A DNA stretch of 64,000 bases from NCBI RefSeq assembly GCF_947495205.1, contig NZ_CANLXV010000009.1:1243-65242 (forward strand), in the 5' to 3' direction. The translations under genes and the position numbers were made by a program. A model generated the notes under the pieces. It saw only the letters and a program-made list of their open reading frames with translations, was not told where the DNA came from and ran no database searches. Positions 40,016 to 51,276 of the stretch are shown piece by piece (the first letter of the stretch is position 1; each line of letters starts with the position of its first letter). This DNA is from an uncultured Polaribacter sp. GTDB lineage: Bacteria; Bacteroidota; Bacteroidia; Flavobacteriales; Flavobacteriaceae.

Positions 40016-41020
40016 ATGAAGAAATTATCTTTTTTAGACAAGTTAGTCTATTTAATTAATTCGCTGTTTGCAGCCTTATTACTGCTTTCATTTGTATTGC
40101 CTTATGTATCTCCTAAAAACATACCTTTTTTAGCAATATTAAGTTTATTTGTACCTATTTTACTACTTATAAATATTGTCTTTGCCATATATTGGTTGGT
40201 AAAATTAAAAAAACAGGTTTTACTTTCTACCGCTGTTTTAGTGCTTGGTGGCTTTGTTGCTACTCCGTTTTTTAAAATATCAGAAAACAACTCATCATTA
40301 AATTCAGATTTAAAAATTATGAGTTTTAATGTAAAAGCATTCGATTTATTTTCTAAAAATAAAACCTTAAAAAATAATGGTTATGCGTTTATTAAAAAAC
40401 AAGAGCCAGATATTTTTGTAGCGCAAGAGTTTTATAAATCGCCTAAAAGAATAATAAAAAATTACAAGTACAAGTACCATAAACTAAAAGGAAATTACGG
40501 TTTGGTAATATATTCTAAATATAAAATTATTAACGAAGGCTCCTTAGATTTTGAAAAAACAAATAACAACGCAATTTTTGTAGATGTTTTAAAAGATAAA
40601 GATACCATTAGAATTTATAATGTACATTTTGAATCTTTACGAATTAAACCCAATGAAGAAAATTTTGGAGAATCAAACTCTGAAAAATTATTAGCACGTG
40701 TTGGCAATTCTTTTAAAGAGCAAGTAAAGCAAACCGAACTTTTTTTAGCCCATGAAAAAAAATGGAAAGGCAAAAAAATAATCTGTGGAGATTTTAACAA
40801 TACTGCATATTCTTGGATGTACAAACAACTTTCGAATAATAAAAAAGATGCTTTTATAGAATCTGGTAAAGGATTTGGAAAATCTTTTGATTACTGGTTT
40901 CCTATGCGAATTGATTTTATTTTAACAGACAAAAGCAGCATTATAAATCAATTTAAAACATATTCAGTAGATTACTCAGACCACTTCCCTATTATGGCTA
41001 AAGTTAATTGGAGTAATTAA
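40016..41020 (+). CDS. endonuclease/exonuclease/phosphatase family membrane protein
   Basis: 334 aa with N-terminal TM helices. EEP-like motifs (MSFNV, VAQE, CGDFN, SDHFP). Confidence 0.7.
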   Translation: MKKLSFLDKLVYLINSLFAALLLLSFVLPYVSPKNIPFLAILSLFVPILLLINIVFAIYWLVKLKKQVLLSTAVLVLGGFVATPFFKISENNSSLNSDLKIMSFNVKAFDLFSKNKTLKNNGYAFIKKQEPDIFVAQEFYKSPKRIIKNYKYKYHKLKGNYGLVIYSKYKIINEGSLDFEKTNNNAIFVDVLKDKDTIRIYNVHFESLRIKPNEENFGESNSEKLLARVGNSFKEQVKQTELFLAHEKKWKGKKIICGDFNNTAYSWMYKQLSNNKKDAFIESGKGFGKSFDYWFPMRIDFILTDKSSIINQFKTYSVDYSDHFPIMAKVNWSN

Positions 41021-42183
41021 TAACTTCTTTTTTGAATAGCACCGTAAGATTTTGATTCTATTTTCCTTTTTAAAAGACTTGTAAAAAAAGCAAAAGTACT
41101 TTTAAATCTTGCTACTTGAAGCGCATAAAAACTAAACCTTAAAAGTCTACCAAATTTGTCTTTTAACTCTTGATCATATTTTTTTAAGTTTTCTGCAGTA
41201 AAATTATTTTCTTTTACACATCGCTCAATATTTTTAGCTGCAATAATTCCAGACATCATGCCTGTGCCAATACCTTCTTTGTAAAAAGGATTTGCTAAAC
41301 CTGCAGCATCACCTACCAATAAAAAACCATTTCCAGAGGTTTTCTGTTTACCAAAATGAAAAGGTATGGACCAACCTCTCCAATTCCCATCTTTTTCTGC
41401 ATGTATAAATTTACCTTTTACTTTTTTATGATGTTGTATAATATGCTGAATTTCATCAATTAAATTAATATTATGTTTTTTTATTAGATCTACCCTTCCT
41501 CCTAAACTAACATTTACCTTGCCATCAAATAAAGGAAAAATATAAAAGAATAAAGTTACTTTTTTATACACCAACCTAATTTCTGCAACATTATCTTTTG
41601 CCAAAACTACATTATTAAAATAACCACTAATAAATGTTGATGCCAATTTTTTTGAAATCTTGTCTTTTACCAAGTTTCTATAAACTGTAGATTTTGCACC
41701 ATCTGCACCAACTATCAATTTGGCATCAATCTGTTTTCCATTTTTTAAGGTAATTTGCATCCCTTTTTTATTCTCCTTTATTATTTTTACGCCACTCCCA
41801 AAAAATGTTTTGGTGTATGTTTTAGAAAAATGTTTTACTAAAAAATCGTCGAAATCTATGCGTTTTGCATAAGAAATCACCATGTCTCTTTCTTCAGTTT
41901 CTTTAAATTCTATATGATGATGATCATTTGGATGAAATTGTATTTTTTTACTGTGAATAAACTTAGGATGTTTTAAAAAATCTTGAAATAATTGATTTCC
42001 TAAAATTTTTAAAGAACGGTATGCGTAAAGAATTAAGCCATCTCCACAAGTTTTGTCTCTTGGAAATAATGCTTTATCTATTATAATATGCGGAATTTTA
42101 AGCTTACTTAACATCAATGCAGTTGCTGCACCAGATGGTCCAGCTCCAATAATACAAATTGTTGTTTTTTCTATATTCTCCAT
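41017..42183 (-). CDS. FAD-dependent oxidoreductase (geranylgeranyl reductase family)
   Basis: 388 aa. Rossmann motif IIGAGPSGA and GDAAG. Confidence 0.72.
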   Translation of the reverse strand: MENIEKTTICIIGAGPSGAATALMLSKLKIPHIIIDKALFPRDKTCGDGLILYAYRSLKILGNQLFQDFLKHPKFIHSKKIQFHPNDHHHIEFKETEERDMVISYAKRIDFDDFLVKHFSKTYTKTFFGSGVKIIKENKKGMQITLKNGKQIDAKLIVGADGAKSTVYRNLVKDKISKKLASTFISGYFNNVVLAKDNVAEIRLVYKKVTLFFYIFPLFDGKVNVSLGGRVDLIKKHNINLIDEIQHIIQHHKKVKGKFIHAEKDGNWRGWSIPFHFGKQKTSGNGFLLVGDAAGLANPFYKEGIGTGMMSGIIAAKNIERCVKENNFTAENLKKYDQELKDKFGRLLRFSFYALQVARFKSTFAFFTSLLKRKIESKSYGAIQKRSY

Positions 42184-42365
42184 TTATAAAGACCTATTAT
42201 TCTTTAATTTGTAAAGCTAATCCATACACTTTTACAAGATTACTATTTCTAAATTGATGGTTTTTAAACCTTCTTTATGCTGAAAACAATATGTTATTAA
42301 TCGTCTTTAATTCTTATTTTTTATTAAAACTTCAAAAATGTGAAAAACTTTAAAGCATAATTAAA

Positions 42366-42863
42366 TCATAATTCTAGGACATACTTTGTTTCTTGCAATT
42401 GCAATTCTTCATTTAAAAAGCAATTTTCAACTTTAAAAAACAATTGCTCAAGTATCTTTTTTGAAGCAATATTTTTGTCAATCACAAAGGCTATCAACCT
42501 TTGTAAACCAATTTTTCTGGCATAATTAATAAGTGCTTTACAGAGTTCTAAACCATAACCATTTGCCCAATAATTTTGTATAAATCGATAGCCTATTTCA
42601 GTATCAAATTTAGAATTTATAAGCGCAACAGTACCTATAAATGCGCCATCTTGTTTTCTTTCTACAGCATAAATCCAAAAATAATTATTCTTTTCATCAT
42701 ATTTTCTTATGAAACCAAAAAGTTCTTCTTTAGTTTCTTTAAGATTTTTAACACAACCATCTGCATACTTTAAAACTTCAGGATTACTTTCTAAATCATA
42801 AAAACCAGACAAATCTTCTTCTTGCAATCTTCTAATAAGTAGTCTTTCCGTTTCAAAAATCAT
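42366..42863 (-). CDS. GNAT-family N-acetyltransferase
   Basis: 165 aa. RimJ/RimL-like pattern (TERLLIRRL, GYGLE). Confidence 0.72.
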   Translation of the reverse strand: MIFETERLLIRRLQEEDLSGFYDLESNPEVLKYADGCVKNLKETKEELFGFIRKYDEKNNYFWIYAVERKQDGAFIGTVALINSKFDTEIGYRFIQNYWANGYGLELCKALINYARKIGLQRLIAFVIDKNIASKKILEQLFFKVENCFLNEELQLQETKYVLEL

Positions 42864-42902
42864 GAATAATATCGTATTTTTGTAAACGTTAAAAGTACCA
42901 AA

Positions 42903-44237
42903 ATGAACCCAAATAAAAAAGTTGCTTTTTATACTTTAGGATGCAAATTAAACTTCTCTGAAACCTCTACCATTGCAAGAAATTTTGTAAACGAAGGTTT
43001 TAAACGCGTAGCATTTGAACAGAAAGCAGATATTTATGTAATTAATACTTGTTCTGTAACAGATAATGCAGACAAACGCTTTAAGAGTATTGTAAAAAAT
43101 GCACTTAAAAAAAATGAAGAAGCTTTTTTAATTGCTGTTGGTTGTTATGCTCAATTAAAACCAGAAGAATTAGCTGCTGTAGATGGCGTAGACTTGGTTT
43201 TAGGAGCTACAGAAAAATTTAATGTAACTTCTTATATTAACGATTTAACCAAGAATAATGTTGGAGAAATACATTCTTGTGAAATTGCTGATGCCGATTT
43301 TTATGTAGGCTCTTATTCTATTGGAGATAGAACCCGCGCTTTTTTAAAAGTACAAGATGGCTGCGATTATAAATGTACCTATTGCACTATACCTTTGGCA
43401 CGTGGTATTTCTAGAAGTGATACCTTACAAAATGTATTAGAAAATGCTAGAGAAATTTCTGCTAAAGGCATTAAAGAAATTGTGCTCACAGGTGTAAATA
43501 TTGGCGATTATGGTAAAGGTGAATTTGGTAATAAAAAACACGAACATACCTTTTTAGAATTGGTTAAAGAATTAGACAATGTTCATGGAATTCATAGATT
43601 AAGAATTTCTTCTATAGAACCTAATTTACTAAAAGATGAAACAATTAATTTTGTTTCAAAATCGAAAACTTTTGTACCTCACTTTCATATTCCACTACAA
43701 TCTGGTAGTAATGTTTTATTAAAAAAAATGAAACGAAGGTATTTGAGAGAAACCTATACCAATAGAGTTGCGCGCATTAAAGAAACCATGCCAAATGCAT
43801 GCATTGGTGTAGATGTTATTGTTGGTTTTCCTGGAGAAACAGATGCGTTATTTTTAGAAACGTATAATTATTTAAACGATTTAGACATCTCTTACTTGCA
43901 CGTTTTTACATATTCTGAAAGACCAAACACAGCTGCTGTAAATTTTGAAGGTGTTGTACCTAAAAAAACAAGAGCAAAACGCAGTAAAATGTTGCGTGGT
44001 TTATCAGCTAAAAAAAGACGAGCTTTTTATGAGTCGCAATTAGGTAATTCATTAACCGTTTTGTTTGAAAATGAAAATAAAGAAGGCTATATTCACGGAT
44101 TTACAGAAAATTATGTAAAAGTTAAAGCTCCATGGAATCCAGATTTAGTAAACACATTACATCCTATACAATTAACAACTATTGATGAAGACGGTTTGGT
44201 AAGATTTAAATTTGAAAAAGAACTGATAAAGAATTAA
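42903..44237 (+). CDS. mtaB: tRNA methylthiotransferase MtaB (radical SAM)
   Basis: 444 aa. N-terminal UPF0004 cysteines and the radical SAM CDYKCTYC motif. Confidence 0.82.
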   Translation: MNPNKKVAFYTLGCKLNFSETSTIARNFVNEGFKRVAFEQKADIYVINTCSVTDNADKRFKSIVKNALKKNEEAFLIAVGCYAQLKPEELAAVDGVDLVLGATEKFNVTSYINDLTKNNVGEIHSCEIADADFYVGSYSIGDRTRAFLKVQDGCDYKCTYCTIPLARGISRSDTLQNVLENAREISAKGIKEIVLTGVNIGDYGKGEFGNKKHEHTFLELVKELDNVHGIHRLRISSIEPNLLKDETINFVSKSKTFVPHFHIPLQSGSNVLLKKMKRRYLRETYTNRVARIKETMPNACIGVDVIVGFPGETDALFLETYNYLNDLDISYLHVFTYSERPNTAAVNFEGVVPKKTRAKRSKMLRGLSAKKRRAFYESQLGNSLTVLFENENKEGYIHGFTENYVKVKAPWNPDLVNTLHPIQLTTIDEDGLVRFKFEKELIKN

Positions 44238-44297
44238 ATATATTGGTAACTTTTGCATAATTTGGTTACGAATTAAAAGTGCATCTATTTTAAGGAA

Positions 44298-44957
44298 ATG
44301 AAAAAAATTCCAATTTATTTAATGCCAGGTTTGGCCGCGGGTCCAGAAATTTTTGAAAACTTAACATTAGATAAAGAAAAATATAGTTTACATTATCTTA
44401 GTTGGCTTATTCCATTATCTTTAGATGAAGAAATTTCAGATTACGCCTACAGATTAAGCCAAAAAATTACTGAAGAAAACCCTGTTTTAATTGGCGTTTC
44501 TTTTGGTGGCTTATTGGTGCAAGAAATTGCACAATTTATTACCTGCAGAAAAATAATTATCATATCTAGTATTAAAAAAAAAGAAGAGTTACCCAAATCA
44601 TTTAAATTTGCCAAACTCACTAAGATTTACAAACTTTTTCCGACTAAAGTTATAGAAAATTTTGAAGAATATGCCAAATTCTTTATTGGATCATCATTAA
44701 CAAAAAAAGCAAATTTATATAAAAAGTACTTGCACGTAAGAGATAAAACGTACTTAAAATGGTCTATAACCAATGTTTTAAAATGGAAACAAAAAGAAAC
44801 TTCACCTAAAATCGTGCATATTCACGGTACAAAAGACCCTATTTTCCCCATAAAAAACATAAAAGATGCCATAGAAATTAAAGATGGTACACATGTTATC
44901 ATTTTAATGAAAGCGAAACAAATATCTCAAATTATTGATACTATTTTAACTTGCTAA
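44298..44957 (+). CDS. alpha/beta hydrolase family protein
   Basis: 219 aa with a nucleophile-elbow-like GVSFGG. Confidence 0.55.
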   Translation: MKKIPIYLMPGLAAGPEIFENLTLDKEKYSLHYLSWLIPLSLDEEISDYAYRLSQKITEENPVLIGVSFGGLLVQEIAQFITCRKIIIISSIKKKEELPKSFKFAKLTKIYKLFPTKVIENFEEYAKFFIGSSLTKKANLYKKYLHVRDKTYLKWSITNVLKWKQKETSPKIVHIHGTKDPIFPIKNIKDAIEIKDGTHVIILMKAKQISQIIDTILTC

Positions 44958-44979
44958 ACCAAACACAATTACTATTTTT

Positions 44980-45915
44980 ATGCTAAAATTGAATCCTATG
45001 AAAAAACAAAACAAAATTTTAATTTATGTAAGTATTTGCATTGTTGCCACTTTCTTTTACAACGGAATTTCTAAAACAACGTTAACAAATAACACAAATC
45101 AAGATCCTGAAACTCAAACTCACGAAACCTATAAAATTAAAGCGCTAAAGTTACCTGAAAATCTAAATTTAGCAGGAGAAAGAGTACCTGTAGAAATAAA
45201 TGATGTTAAAGAACGTATGGAAAGAGAGTTGTTAGTAAATACCTATTGGCAGTCTAACGGAATTTTACTCATTAAAAGAGCTAACAAATATTTTCCTGTT
45301 TTAGAGCCCTTGCTTAAAAAATATGGTTTACCAGATGACTTTAAGTTTTTAGCCTTGGCTGAAAGTGCATTTATAGACGAAACCTCTACTGCTGGTGCTG
45401 CAGGTATGTGGCACTTTATGAAAGCTACCGGTAAAGAATATGGTTTAGAAATAAATAAAAATGTAGACGAACGCTATAACATAGAAAAATCAACTAAAGT
45501 TGCAGCAACGTATTTAAAAAAAGCTAAGAACAATTTAGGCTCTTGGACGCTAGCAGCAGCAGCCTACAACGCAGGCAATTATGGTGTTTCTAAAAGATTA
45601 AAAGCTCAAGAAGTTAACAATTATTATGATGTGAAATTACCAGACGAAACTGAAAGATATGTTTTTAGAATTTTAGCTTTAAAAGAAGTAATTGGCAATC
45701 CTAAAAAATATGGTTTTGTATTTGATCAAGAAGATTTATATACACTAAAACCAACTAAAGTAATCAAAGTAGATACAGCAATCACTAATATTACCCGTTT
45801 TGCCAAACGATATAATTTAAATTATAAAGAATTTAAAATTTACAACCCTTGGTTAAGAGAAAATAAATTAAATAATAAGAGTAGAAAGTTATATGAAATA
45901 AAAGTTCCTATTTAA
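44980..45915 (+). CDS. lytic transglycosylase domain protein
   Basis: 311 aa. SLT motifs LAESAF, AGMWHFM and AAYNAG. The true start may be the Met at 44998. Confidence 0.75.
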   Translation: MLKLNPMKKQNKILIYVSICIVATFFYNGISKTTLTNNTNQDPETQTHETYKIKALKLPENLNLAGERVPVEINDVKERMERELLVNTYWQSNGILLIKRANKYFPVLEPLLKKYGLPDDFKFLALAESAFIDETSTAGAAGMWHFMKATGKEYGLEINKNVDERYNIEKSTKVAATYLKKAKNNLGSWTLAAAAYNAGNYGVSKRLKAQEVNNYYDVKLPDETERYVFRILALKEVIGNPKKYGFVFDQEDLYTLKPTKVIKVDTAITNITRFAKRYNLNYKEFKIYNPWLRENKLNNKSRKLYEIKVPI

Positions 45916-45924
45916 TAGTATTAC

Positions 45925-46122
45925 TTATTCTATAATTTCTTTTACTCTACCTACAAGACCAGAAACTAATTTAACTTTTATACCATAGGGATGGTTGGGT
46001 GATTTTGTTAAAATTTCACCCACGGTTCCTTCCGTAGTTTCTCCAGTTATTTGGTGTTGCTTTTTAACAATTTTCACAAACTGCCCAACTTTAATATTAT
46101 CTCTTTTTCTTGCATCAACCAT
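45925..46122 (-). CDS. YwbE-family small protein
   Basis: 65 aa. ...GILTKSPNHPYGIKVKL-like pattern, recalled for the YwbE/DUF2196 family. Confidence 0.6.
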   Translation of the reverse strand: MVDARKRDNIKVGQFVKIVKKQHQITGETTEGTVGEILTKSPNHPYGIKVKLVSGLVGRVKEIIE

Positions 46123-46200
46123 AAGAACTGTTTTATATTAAAATAAAAATATTGAAAATTAATAACTTTACTGCCCGAAATATAACAAAACTTTAGGCAT

Positions 46201-46228
46201 AAAAAAAACCTATCAATATTGATAGGTT
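46201..46228 (-). terminator. terminator after the cold-shock gene
   Basis: Perfect palindrome cctatcaatattgatagg (46209-46226), flanked by A8 and T4. Confidence 0.6.
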
Positions 46229-46260
46229 TTCTTAAAAAATTAACTAGTAATAATATATAA

Positions 46261-46452
46261 TTATATAACTCTTACGTTTACTGCGTTTAATCCTTTTCTT
46301 CCATCTTGTAAGTCAAACTCAACTTCATCGTTTTCACGAATTTCGTCAACTAATCCTGACACATGTACAAAATGTTCTTTGTTTGTTCCTTCTTCAGTGA
46401 TGAATCCGAATCCTTTAGATTCATTGAAAAATTTTACGGTACCTTTATTCAT
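46261..46452 (-). CDS. cold-shock protein (CspA family)
   Basis: 63 aa. RNP1/RNP2 motifs KGFGFI and FVHVS. Confidence 0.9.
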   Translation of the reverse strand: MNKGTVKFFNESKGFGFITEEGTNKEHFVHVSGLVDEIRENDEVEFDLQDGRKGLNAVNVRVI

Positions 46453-46569
46453 TATAAAAAAATTAATGTGCTGCCTGTTTAATTACGAACAGCGTTTATT
46501 GAGTTGCAAAGATAGTTCCAAAAAAATTAATACAATGTAAATTTATTGTATTCTTTTAGTTAAATTATG

Positions 46570-47511
46570 TTAAATATTGATTTCTAACGCTTTAAGCGCA
46601 TTAAATTCTACTATAATTTCTTCTAAAACCTCTTTTGCTGGCTTTATTTCATGTATTAACCCTGCAACTTGTCCTATTTCTAGTTCTCCATTTTCTAAAT
46701 CTCCCTCAAACATTCCTTTTTTAGCTCTTGCTCTTCCCAGTAATTGTTTTAAATCTTTTAATGTTGGTTTTTGTTTGTACAAGTCTTGAACATCATTATA
46801 AAATTTATTTTTAATCAATCTTACGGGTGCCAATTCTTTTAATGTAAGTTGTGTATCTCCATCTTTAACCTCAACAATACGCTGTTTAAAATTATGGTGA
46901 GCAGAAGATTCTTTTGTTGCTGCAAACCTACTACCAATTTGCACGCCATCTGCACCTAAAATCATTGCAGCTAACATACCACGTCCAGAACCAATTCCGC
47001 CAGCAGCAATTATAGGTATGGTAACTTGCTCTTTTACCATTGGTATTAGAGTAAAGGTTGTTGTTTCTTCTCTTCCATTATGTCCTCCAGCTTCAAAACC
47101 TTCGCAAACTACTGCATCAACTCCTGCAAGCGCTGCTTTTAAAGCAAATTTTACAGAACTTACTACATGTACAACAGTAATTCCCTTTTCTTTTAAGAAA
47201 GACGTCCAAATTTTTGGGTTTCCAGCAGAAGTAAAAACAATTTTTACTCCTTCTTTTACAATAATATTCATTATTTTTTCAATATCTGGATACAACATAG
47301 GCACGTTAACACCAAAAGGTTGGTTTGTTGCTTTTTTGCATTTTTGAATATGCATTCTTAAAACTTCAGGATACATAGAACCTGCACCAATTAAACCCAA
47401 ACCACCTGCATTAGAAACGGCGGCAGCTAATTTCCAACCAGAAACCCAAACCATACCACCTTGTATTATTGGGTATTTAATATTGAATAATTTTGTGATG
47501 CTGTTTTGCAT
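46570..47511 (-). CDS. nitronate monooxygenase / FabK-like enoyl reductase family protein
   Basis: 313 aa, TIM-barrel FMN protein pattern (IIQGGMVWVS, AGGIGSGRG). Confidence 0.78.
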   Translation of the reverse strand: MQNSITKLFNIKYPIIQGGMVWVSGWKLAAAVSNAGGLGLIGAGSMYPEVLRMHIQKCKKATNQPFGVNVPMLYPDIEKIMNIIVKEGVKIVFTSAGNPKIWTSFLKEKGITVVHVVSSVKFALKAALAGVDAVVCEGFEAGGHNGREETTTFTLIPMVKEQVTIPIIAAGGIGSGRGMLAAMILGADGVQIGSRFAATKESSAHHNFKQRIVEVKDGDTQLTLKELAPVRLIKNKFYNDVQDLYKQKPTLKDLKQLLGRARAKKGMFEGDLENGELEIGQVAGLIHEIKPAKEVLEEIIVEFNALKALEINI

Positions 47512-49178
47512 TATTGCTTTAGAATTTTTATGGTTTTTTGTTGATTGTCTTTAGAAAGTTGCAAAAAATAAACGCCCTTTTTTAATAGAGAAATATCTAT
47601 TTGATTTTGGTTGAATTTTACTTGCTGCAAAACTTTTTTACCTAAAACATCAAACATTTTATATTGATACCTTTCTAAATCCTCCTCAATGCCGTTAACC
47701 TTAAAAATTGTAACAACAGGATTTGGATAAATACTAATTTCATTTAAAGAATTGCTATCTACAGAAAAAACCGATGTGAAATTAGTAAAAGCTACTTTAA
47801 AATCTGGAATACCATAACCGTGTTGATCTGTAGGATTTGCATAACGATCTGCAGATTTATAAACGGCTTCTTTTAAATAATCATTAAAATTTTTACTATT
47901 TTTTTTAGCTGATGATTTTAAAATAAAACCTTCATTATCATTCAAACAAGCTATTAAACCTGCCATTATAGGCGCAGAAAAAGAAGTTCCGTTTGCATTG
48001 GAAATAGCGCCATTTGTATGGTTAATAACAGAAGCAGAAGTTCCTAAAGCTAGTATTTCTGGTTTTATTCTGCCATCAAAACTTGGCCCAAAAGAACTAA
48101 ATGGAGAAATATTTTTACTTGAATCTACTGCGCCAACAGAAATTACAGAAGCAGCATCTGCAGGCGCTGTAATATGTTTCCAAGCACTTATGCCAGAATT
48201 TCCTGCAGAATTTACCACTAAAATTCCTTTTTGAGATGCAATTTCTGCTCCTCTAGAAATAAAGGTAGTTTTTCCATCCATATCTGCATAAGTATAATTG
48301 TGCTTAGAGTTATCAAATGTAGAATATCCTAAAGAAGTATTAATTACATCTACGCCTAAACTATCTGCTCTTTCTGCAGCCTCTACCCAAAGTGTTTCTT
48401 CTAAAACAGTTTCTGATTCTACAACTTCTGTAATAAATAAATAAAATTTTGCATCTGGTGCAGTGCCTACAAATTGGTCTTCCAGATAGCCTCCTATGGT
48501 TGATAAAACATTGGTTCCATGGTTATTTCTAGTATAAAAACTAGTATTTCTATCGGCAAAATTATAACCACCTAAAATTTGATTATTAGCTCTTATTCTT
48601 TTAAACGCTGGTAAAGTATTTACATTGGGAAAACCAGCATCCATAATTGCTATAACTTGGTTTTTTCCTGTTAAACCTTGTTCATGCAAAAAATCTCCAT
48701 TTAACATTTTTATTTGAGTCGCTGTTGCACCGTAATTAAAAGAAGTAGTAGTATATTTAAATTTATTTACATGATTTAAAACCTGTTTTTTAGAAACCGT
48801 TTTACTTGCTGCATTTAAAGATTTATCTGCAAAATCTATACTTTCTATAAAATTAAACTTCGTTTTTAATGTTTTTATAACAGATTCTGTTCCTTGAATA
48901 TGTAACGCATTCAACCATTTTGATTTTCCTAAAATGGTAATATTTGGTTCATTTTTAAGTTGATTATAGTAATTTTCATCAACAGGAACATCTGTAACAT
49001 CTAAAGTTACACCTTGTTGATTTCTTCTATCTATAGCTCTTTGAGATAAAATTGATAATGGATTTGCTAAAAAACTTTCCGACTTTGGTTTATCTTTTAG
49101 AAAAATCCAAGCATCTTCTTGTTGCGCAAAAAGTTGAAAACCAAAAAAGATTAAAAATATAAATACAATGTTTTTCAT
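47511..49178 (-). CDS. S8-family serine peptidase with T9SS C-terminal sorting domain
   Basis: 555 aa. Catalytic triad contexts MDAGF, HGTNV and GTSFSAP. C-terminal YPNPV...GVYFLQL tail. Confidence 0.85.
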   Translation of the reverse strand: MKNIVFIFLIFFGFQLFAQQEDAWIFLKDKPKSESFLANPLSILSQRAIDRRNQQGVTLDVTDVPVDENYYNQLKNEPNITILGKSKWLNALHIQGTESVIKTLKTKFNFIESIDFADKSLNAASKTVSKKQVLNHVNKFKYTTTSFNYGATATQIKMLNGDFLHEQGLTGKNQVIAIMDAGFPNVNTLPAFKRIRANNQILGGYNFADRNTSFYTRNNHGTNVLSTIGGYLEDQFVGTAPDAKFYLFITEVVESETVLEETLWVEAAERADSLGVDVINTSLGYSTFDNSKHNYTYADMDGKTTFISRGAEIASQKGILVVNSAGNSGISAWKHITAPADAASVISVGAVDSSKNISPFSSFGPSFDGRIKPEILALGTSASVINHTNGAISNANGTSFSAPIMAGLIACLNDNEGFILKSSAKKNSKNFNDYLKEAVYKSADRYANPTDQHGYGIPDFKVAFTNFTSVFSVDSNSLNEISIYPNPVVTIFKVNGIEEDLERYQYKMFDVLGKKVLQQVKFNQNQIDISLLKKGVYFLQLSKDNQQKTIKILKQ

Positions 49179-49231
49179 AACTCTGTAATTGAGTTATAAA
49201 AATACTACATTATATATCGTAAAAAAAGTTT

Positions 49232-50419
49232 TTAAGAAATTACACCAGAACCTAAAAGTTCTTCGTTTTTATACCAAGCTACAAACTGCCCTTCTTGTAT
49301 GGCAGATTGTTTATTCTCAAATTCAACAAATAAACCGTTTTTAACTTTATGTAATGTTGCATTTTCTAGCGGTTGTCTGTAGCGTATTCTTGCCTCTACT
49401 TTCATAGTTTCATTTACCTCTAAAGTGAGGTCTTTACGAATCCAATGGATTTCTTCATTGGCCACAAATAATGTATTTCTATACAAACCCAAATGATTTT
49501 TGCCTTCACCTGCATAAATGGTATTGGTCTTTACATCTGTTTCTATAACATATAACGCTTCTTTAGTACCGCCAACATTTAAGCCTTTACGTTGCCCTTT
49601 TGTAAAATAATGCGCTCCTTGATGCTTACCCACTATTTTACCATCATTTTTAGCATAGGTAAACTTCGTAGCTAAATGTTGTAATTCTTCTTCTTTATTT
49701 GAGAACTTAGGAAGTTCTGCTTTATATTGAGCAAATTCTGAAGGAATTACCACAATATTTCCTTCTTTGGGTTGTAATTTTTGTTGTAAAAATTCTGGCA
49801 AACGAACTTTTCCTATAAAACATAAACCTTGAGAATCTTTCTTTTCTGCTGTTATTAAATCGGCTTTTTTAGCAATTTCTCTTACTTCTGGTTTTGTTAA
49901 TTCGCCAATAGGAAACAGTGCTTTTGTTAGTTGCTCTTGAGATAATTGACAAAGAAAATAAGATTGATCTTTATTATTATCTTTACCCGCCAAAAGTTTA
50001 TACACTGGTTTTTTGTTGATAATTTCTTCGCCTTTTCTACAATAATGCCCTGTTGCTACAAAATCTGCACCCAATTCTAAAGCAATGTCCATAAAAACAT
50101 CAAACTTTATTTCTCGGTTGCACAATACATCTGGATTTGGTGTTCTTCCTTTTTCATATTCTGCAAACATATAGTCTACAATACGTTCTTTATATTGTAA
50201 ACTTAAATCTACAACTTGAAAAGGAATACCTAACTTTTCTGCAACAATCATTGCATCGTTAGAATCTTCTAACCAAGGGCATTCATTAGAAATTGTTACA
50301 GAATCATCGTGCCAATTTTTCATAAAAAGCCCAATAACTTCGTACCCTTGTTCTTTTAGTAAATATGCGGTTACACTAGAATCTACACCACCAGAAAGAC
50401 CAACAACTACTCTTTTCAT
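49232..50419 (-). CDS. mnmA: tRNA 2-thiouridine(34) synthase MnmA
   Basis: 395 aa. PP-loop [10 protein letters not shown]. Confidence 0.93.
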   Translation of the reverse strand: MKRVVVGLSGGVDSSVTAYLLKEQGYEVIGLFMKNWHDDSVTISNECPWLEDSNDAMIVAEKLGIPFQVVDLSLQYKERIVDYMFAEYEKGRTPNPDVLCNREIKFDVFMDIALELGADFVATGHYCRKGEEIINKKPVYKLLAGKDNNKDQSYFLCQLSQEQLTKALFPIGELTKPEVREIAKKADLITAEKKDSQGLCFIGKVRLPEFLQQKLQPKEGNIVVIPSEFAQYKAELPKFSNKEEELQHLATKFTYAKNDGKIVGKHQGAHYFTKGQRKGLNVGGTKEALYVIETDVKTNTIYAGEGKNHLGLYRNTLFVANEEIHWIRKDLTLEVNETMKVEARIRYRQPLENATLHKVKNGLFVEFENKQSAIQEGQFVAWYKNEELLGSGVIS

Positions 50420-50521
50420 TTTATAAATTTAAGGATGCAAAGATACAACTTTACAGAAATATTCTATTGTATAACAATTGAAGTAAAAATTTAATTTTTT
50501 CTTGTTTTAAAGAGCATTTCA

Positions 50522-51229
50522 TCAATTCTTTTTCACCTTAAATTTTTCTCTAACCTCTTTTTTCTTGGCAATTTCTCCATCCAAATAAAATTCCCATTTC
50601 CCAACACGTATGCCTTCTTTATACATGCCTGTTTCTTTTAAATTACCATTCAATTCAAAATACTTTGCACGTCCGTTTTCTTTACCAAATTTATACTCAA
50701 CTTCTTCTATTAAATTACCATTACTAGCATATTTACTAGTTATGCCGTGCAATACACCATTTTTATATTCTGCAAACTCAGTAACTTGGCCATCAGGGTA
50801 ATATACTAGTTGCTCACCATGCAACTGCCCTATTTTGTTATAATTTTCTTCTGCCATTAAGGTACCATCAGGATAAAAATATTGCCAATTTCCTGTTCTT
50901 TTCCTTTTGTTTAAAATACCTTCTGTTTTAATTTTTCCTTTTAACGTAAAAAATTGAACAAAAAGAGAATCAGAATCTTCAAAAAAAGTTTTTATAATAA
51001 CAGGATGGTCTGAGTTTGTAATATCATAAAACTTAAAAACACCTACTTCTTTTCCGTTTTCAAATTGACCAGAATAGCGAATTCTCTTGTTGGGATAATA
51101 TTTTTTCCAAACTCCAATTCTTTCGTTTTTATTGTTAAAACGATTTATTTTTTGCGCTTTTACATCTTTATTTATAAAAAAACAGGCCATAAAGATGCTT
51201 AGAAAAGTTAGTCTTTTTATATGTATCAT
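50522..51229 (-). CDS. MORN-repeat (YwqK-like) secreted protein
   Basis: I trimmed the ORF-track start (51397) to the ATG at 51229 (MIHIKRLTFLSIFMACFF signal peptide). The longer form would overlap the divergent gene at 51277. The protein carries repeated G.W..YY.NG motifs. Confidence 0.68.
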   Translation of the reverse strand: MIHIKRLTFLSIFMACFFINKDVKAQKINRFNNKNERIGVWKKYYPNKRIRYSGQFENGKEVGVFKFYDITNSDHPVIIKTFFEDSDSLFVQFFTLKGKIKTEGILNKRKRTGNWQYFYPDGTLMAEENYNKIGQLHGEQLVYYPDGQVTEFAEYKNGVLHGITSKYASNGNLIEEVEYKFGKENGRAKYFELNGNLKETGMYKEGIRVGKWEFYLDGEIAKKKEVREKFKVKKN

Positions 51230-51276
51230 TGCAATAGAATTTAGGACAAATATACAATAAAGCATTAGTAAAACGA